Origin: Thermococcus cleftensis
Lineage (GTDB): Archaea > Methanobacteriota_B > Thermococci > Thermococcales > Thermococcaceae
DNA: 24,000 nucleotides
Direction: 5' to 3'
Assembly (NCBI RefSeq): GCF_000265525.1
Contig: NC_018015.1
Coordinates: forward strand, 632,322 to 656,321
Positions within the stretch are counted from its first letter, which is position 1. Each line of letters starts with the position of its first letter. Positions 23,811-24,000 of this stretch are shown piece by piece. The notes below the pieces were generated by a model. The model saw only the letters and a list, made by a program, of their open reading frames with translations. It made no database searches and was not told the origin of the DNA. The translations under genes and the position numbers were made by a program.

Positions 23811-24000
23811 ATGGAAGAGGTAAGGTTCCGCAGAAGAAAGCCCGCCGTCGAGAGAAAGATAGGCGAGATAAGGGAGGACGACACCAGGGTCTCGCTCATA
23901 GGTAAGGCCTTCAAGGTCGATAAGATGGACTACACATTCTGGCTCGACGACGGAACCGGGGTCATACTCATCGAGAGCGAGGACAACGTTCTTCCCGAGA
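23811..24000 (+). CDS. N-terminal part of the next RPA subunit (RPA14-like by operon position; 3' end outside the window)
   Basis: ATG 23811 lies 1 nt after the RPA41 stop and follows GGTGGTGAG. The frame is open to the window end. Translation gives MEEVRFRRRKPAVERKIGEIREDDTRVSLIGKAFKVDKMDYTFWLDDGTGVILIESEDNVLPE, which looks like the start of an OB fold. The RPA41-RPA14-RPA32 operon order is known from Pyrococcus furiosus. Confidence 0.6.
   Translation, partial: MEEVRFRRRKPAVERKIGEIREDDTRVSLIGKAFKVDKMDYTFWLDDGTGVILIESEDNVLPE

Noticed and set aside
1-24000. Scan for CRISPR arrays, IS elements, transposases, integrases, restriction-modification genes or known multi-gene defence systems
   Set aside because: I saw no regularly spaced repeats of 24-37 nt. 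No ORF carries transposase, integrase, Cas, helicase-nuclease or NTPase defence motifs. The only toxin-like gene is the PIN/VapC gene.

Overview
This is a chromosomal segment from a Thermococcales archaeon, most likely a Thermococcus species. Supporting evidence: GC-rich coding sequence; GGTGA-type Shine-Dalgarno sites or TATA boxes about 25 nt upstream of start codons; and PolB, RPA41, 5S rRNA and tRNA sequences typical of the genus.

Gene content, left to right:
- a partial hypothetical CDS
- a HAD hydrolase
- a lower-GC hypothetical gene with a frame break at its 5' end
- family-B DNA polymerase (minus strand) interrupted by two inteins: a 537-aa LAGLIDADG intein at the pol-b site and a 158-aa endonuclease-less mini-intein at the pol-c site
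- a small membrane-anchored hypothetical protein
- an RsmB/NOP2-type m5C RNA methyltransferase
- a PIN (VapC) toxin with an untracked small upstream ORF
- AMMECR1
- a translationally coupled trio: MTH1187/YkoF-like protein, DUF373 membrane protein and a coiled-coil protein
- endonuclease IV
- a DmpA/S58 peptidase
- an FbpB/ThiP-type two-domain ABC permease plus ATPase, with no binding-protein gene
- a 525-aa anchored Cys-rich protein built from two tandem copies of an unrecognised ~240-aa module
- an AzgA/NCS2 purine permease
- a DtxR-family regulator
- tRNA-Lys(UUU)
- a tRNA-Asp(GUC)/5S rRNA unit on the minus strand
- ScpB
- the start of the RPA41/RPA14-like operon

I found no CRISPR array, transposase, integrase or recognisable multi-gene defence system. 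The window is mostly housekeeping.

The items most worth a second look:
- the pol-c mini-intein
- the internally duplicated secreted protein
- the frame-broken Cys/His hypothetical gene next to polB
- the uncharacterised coupled three-gene operon
- the repeat- and hairpin-rich non-coding DNA flanking tRNA-Lys

All functional calls rest on motif recognition by eye. No database search was possible.
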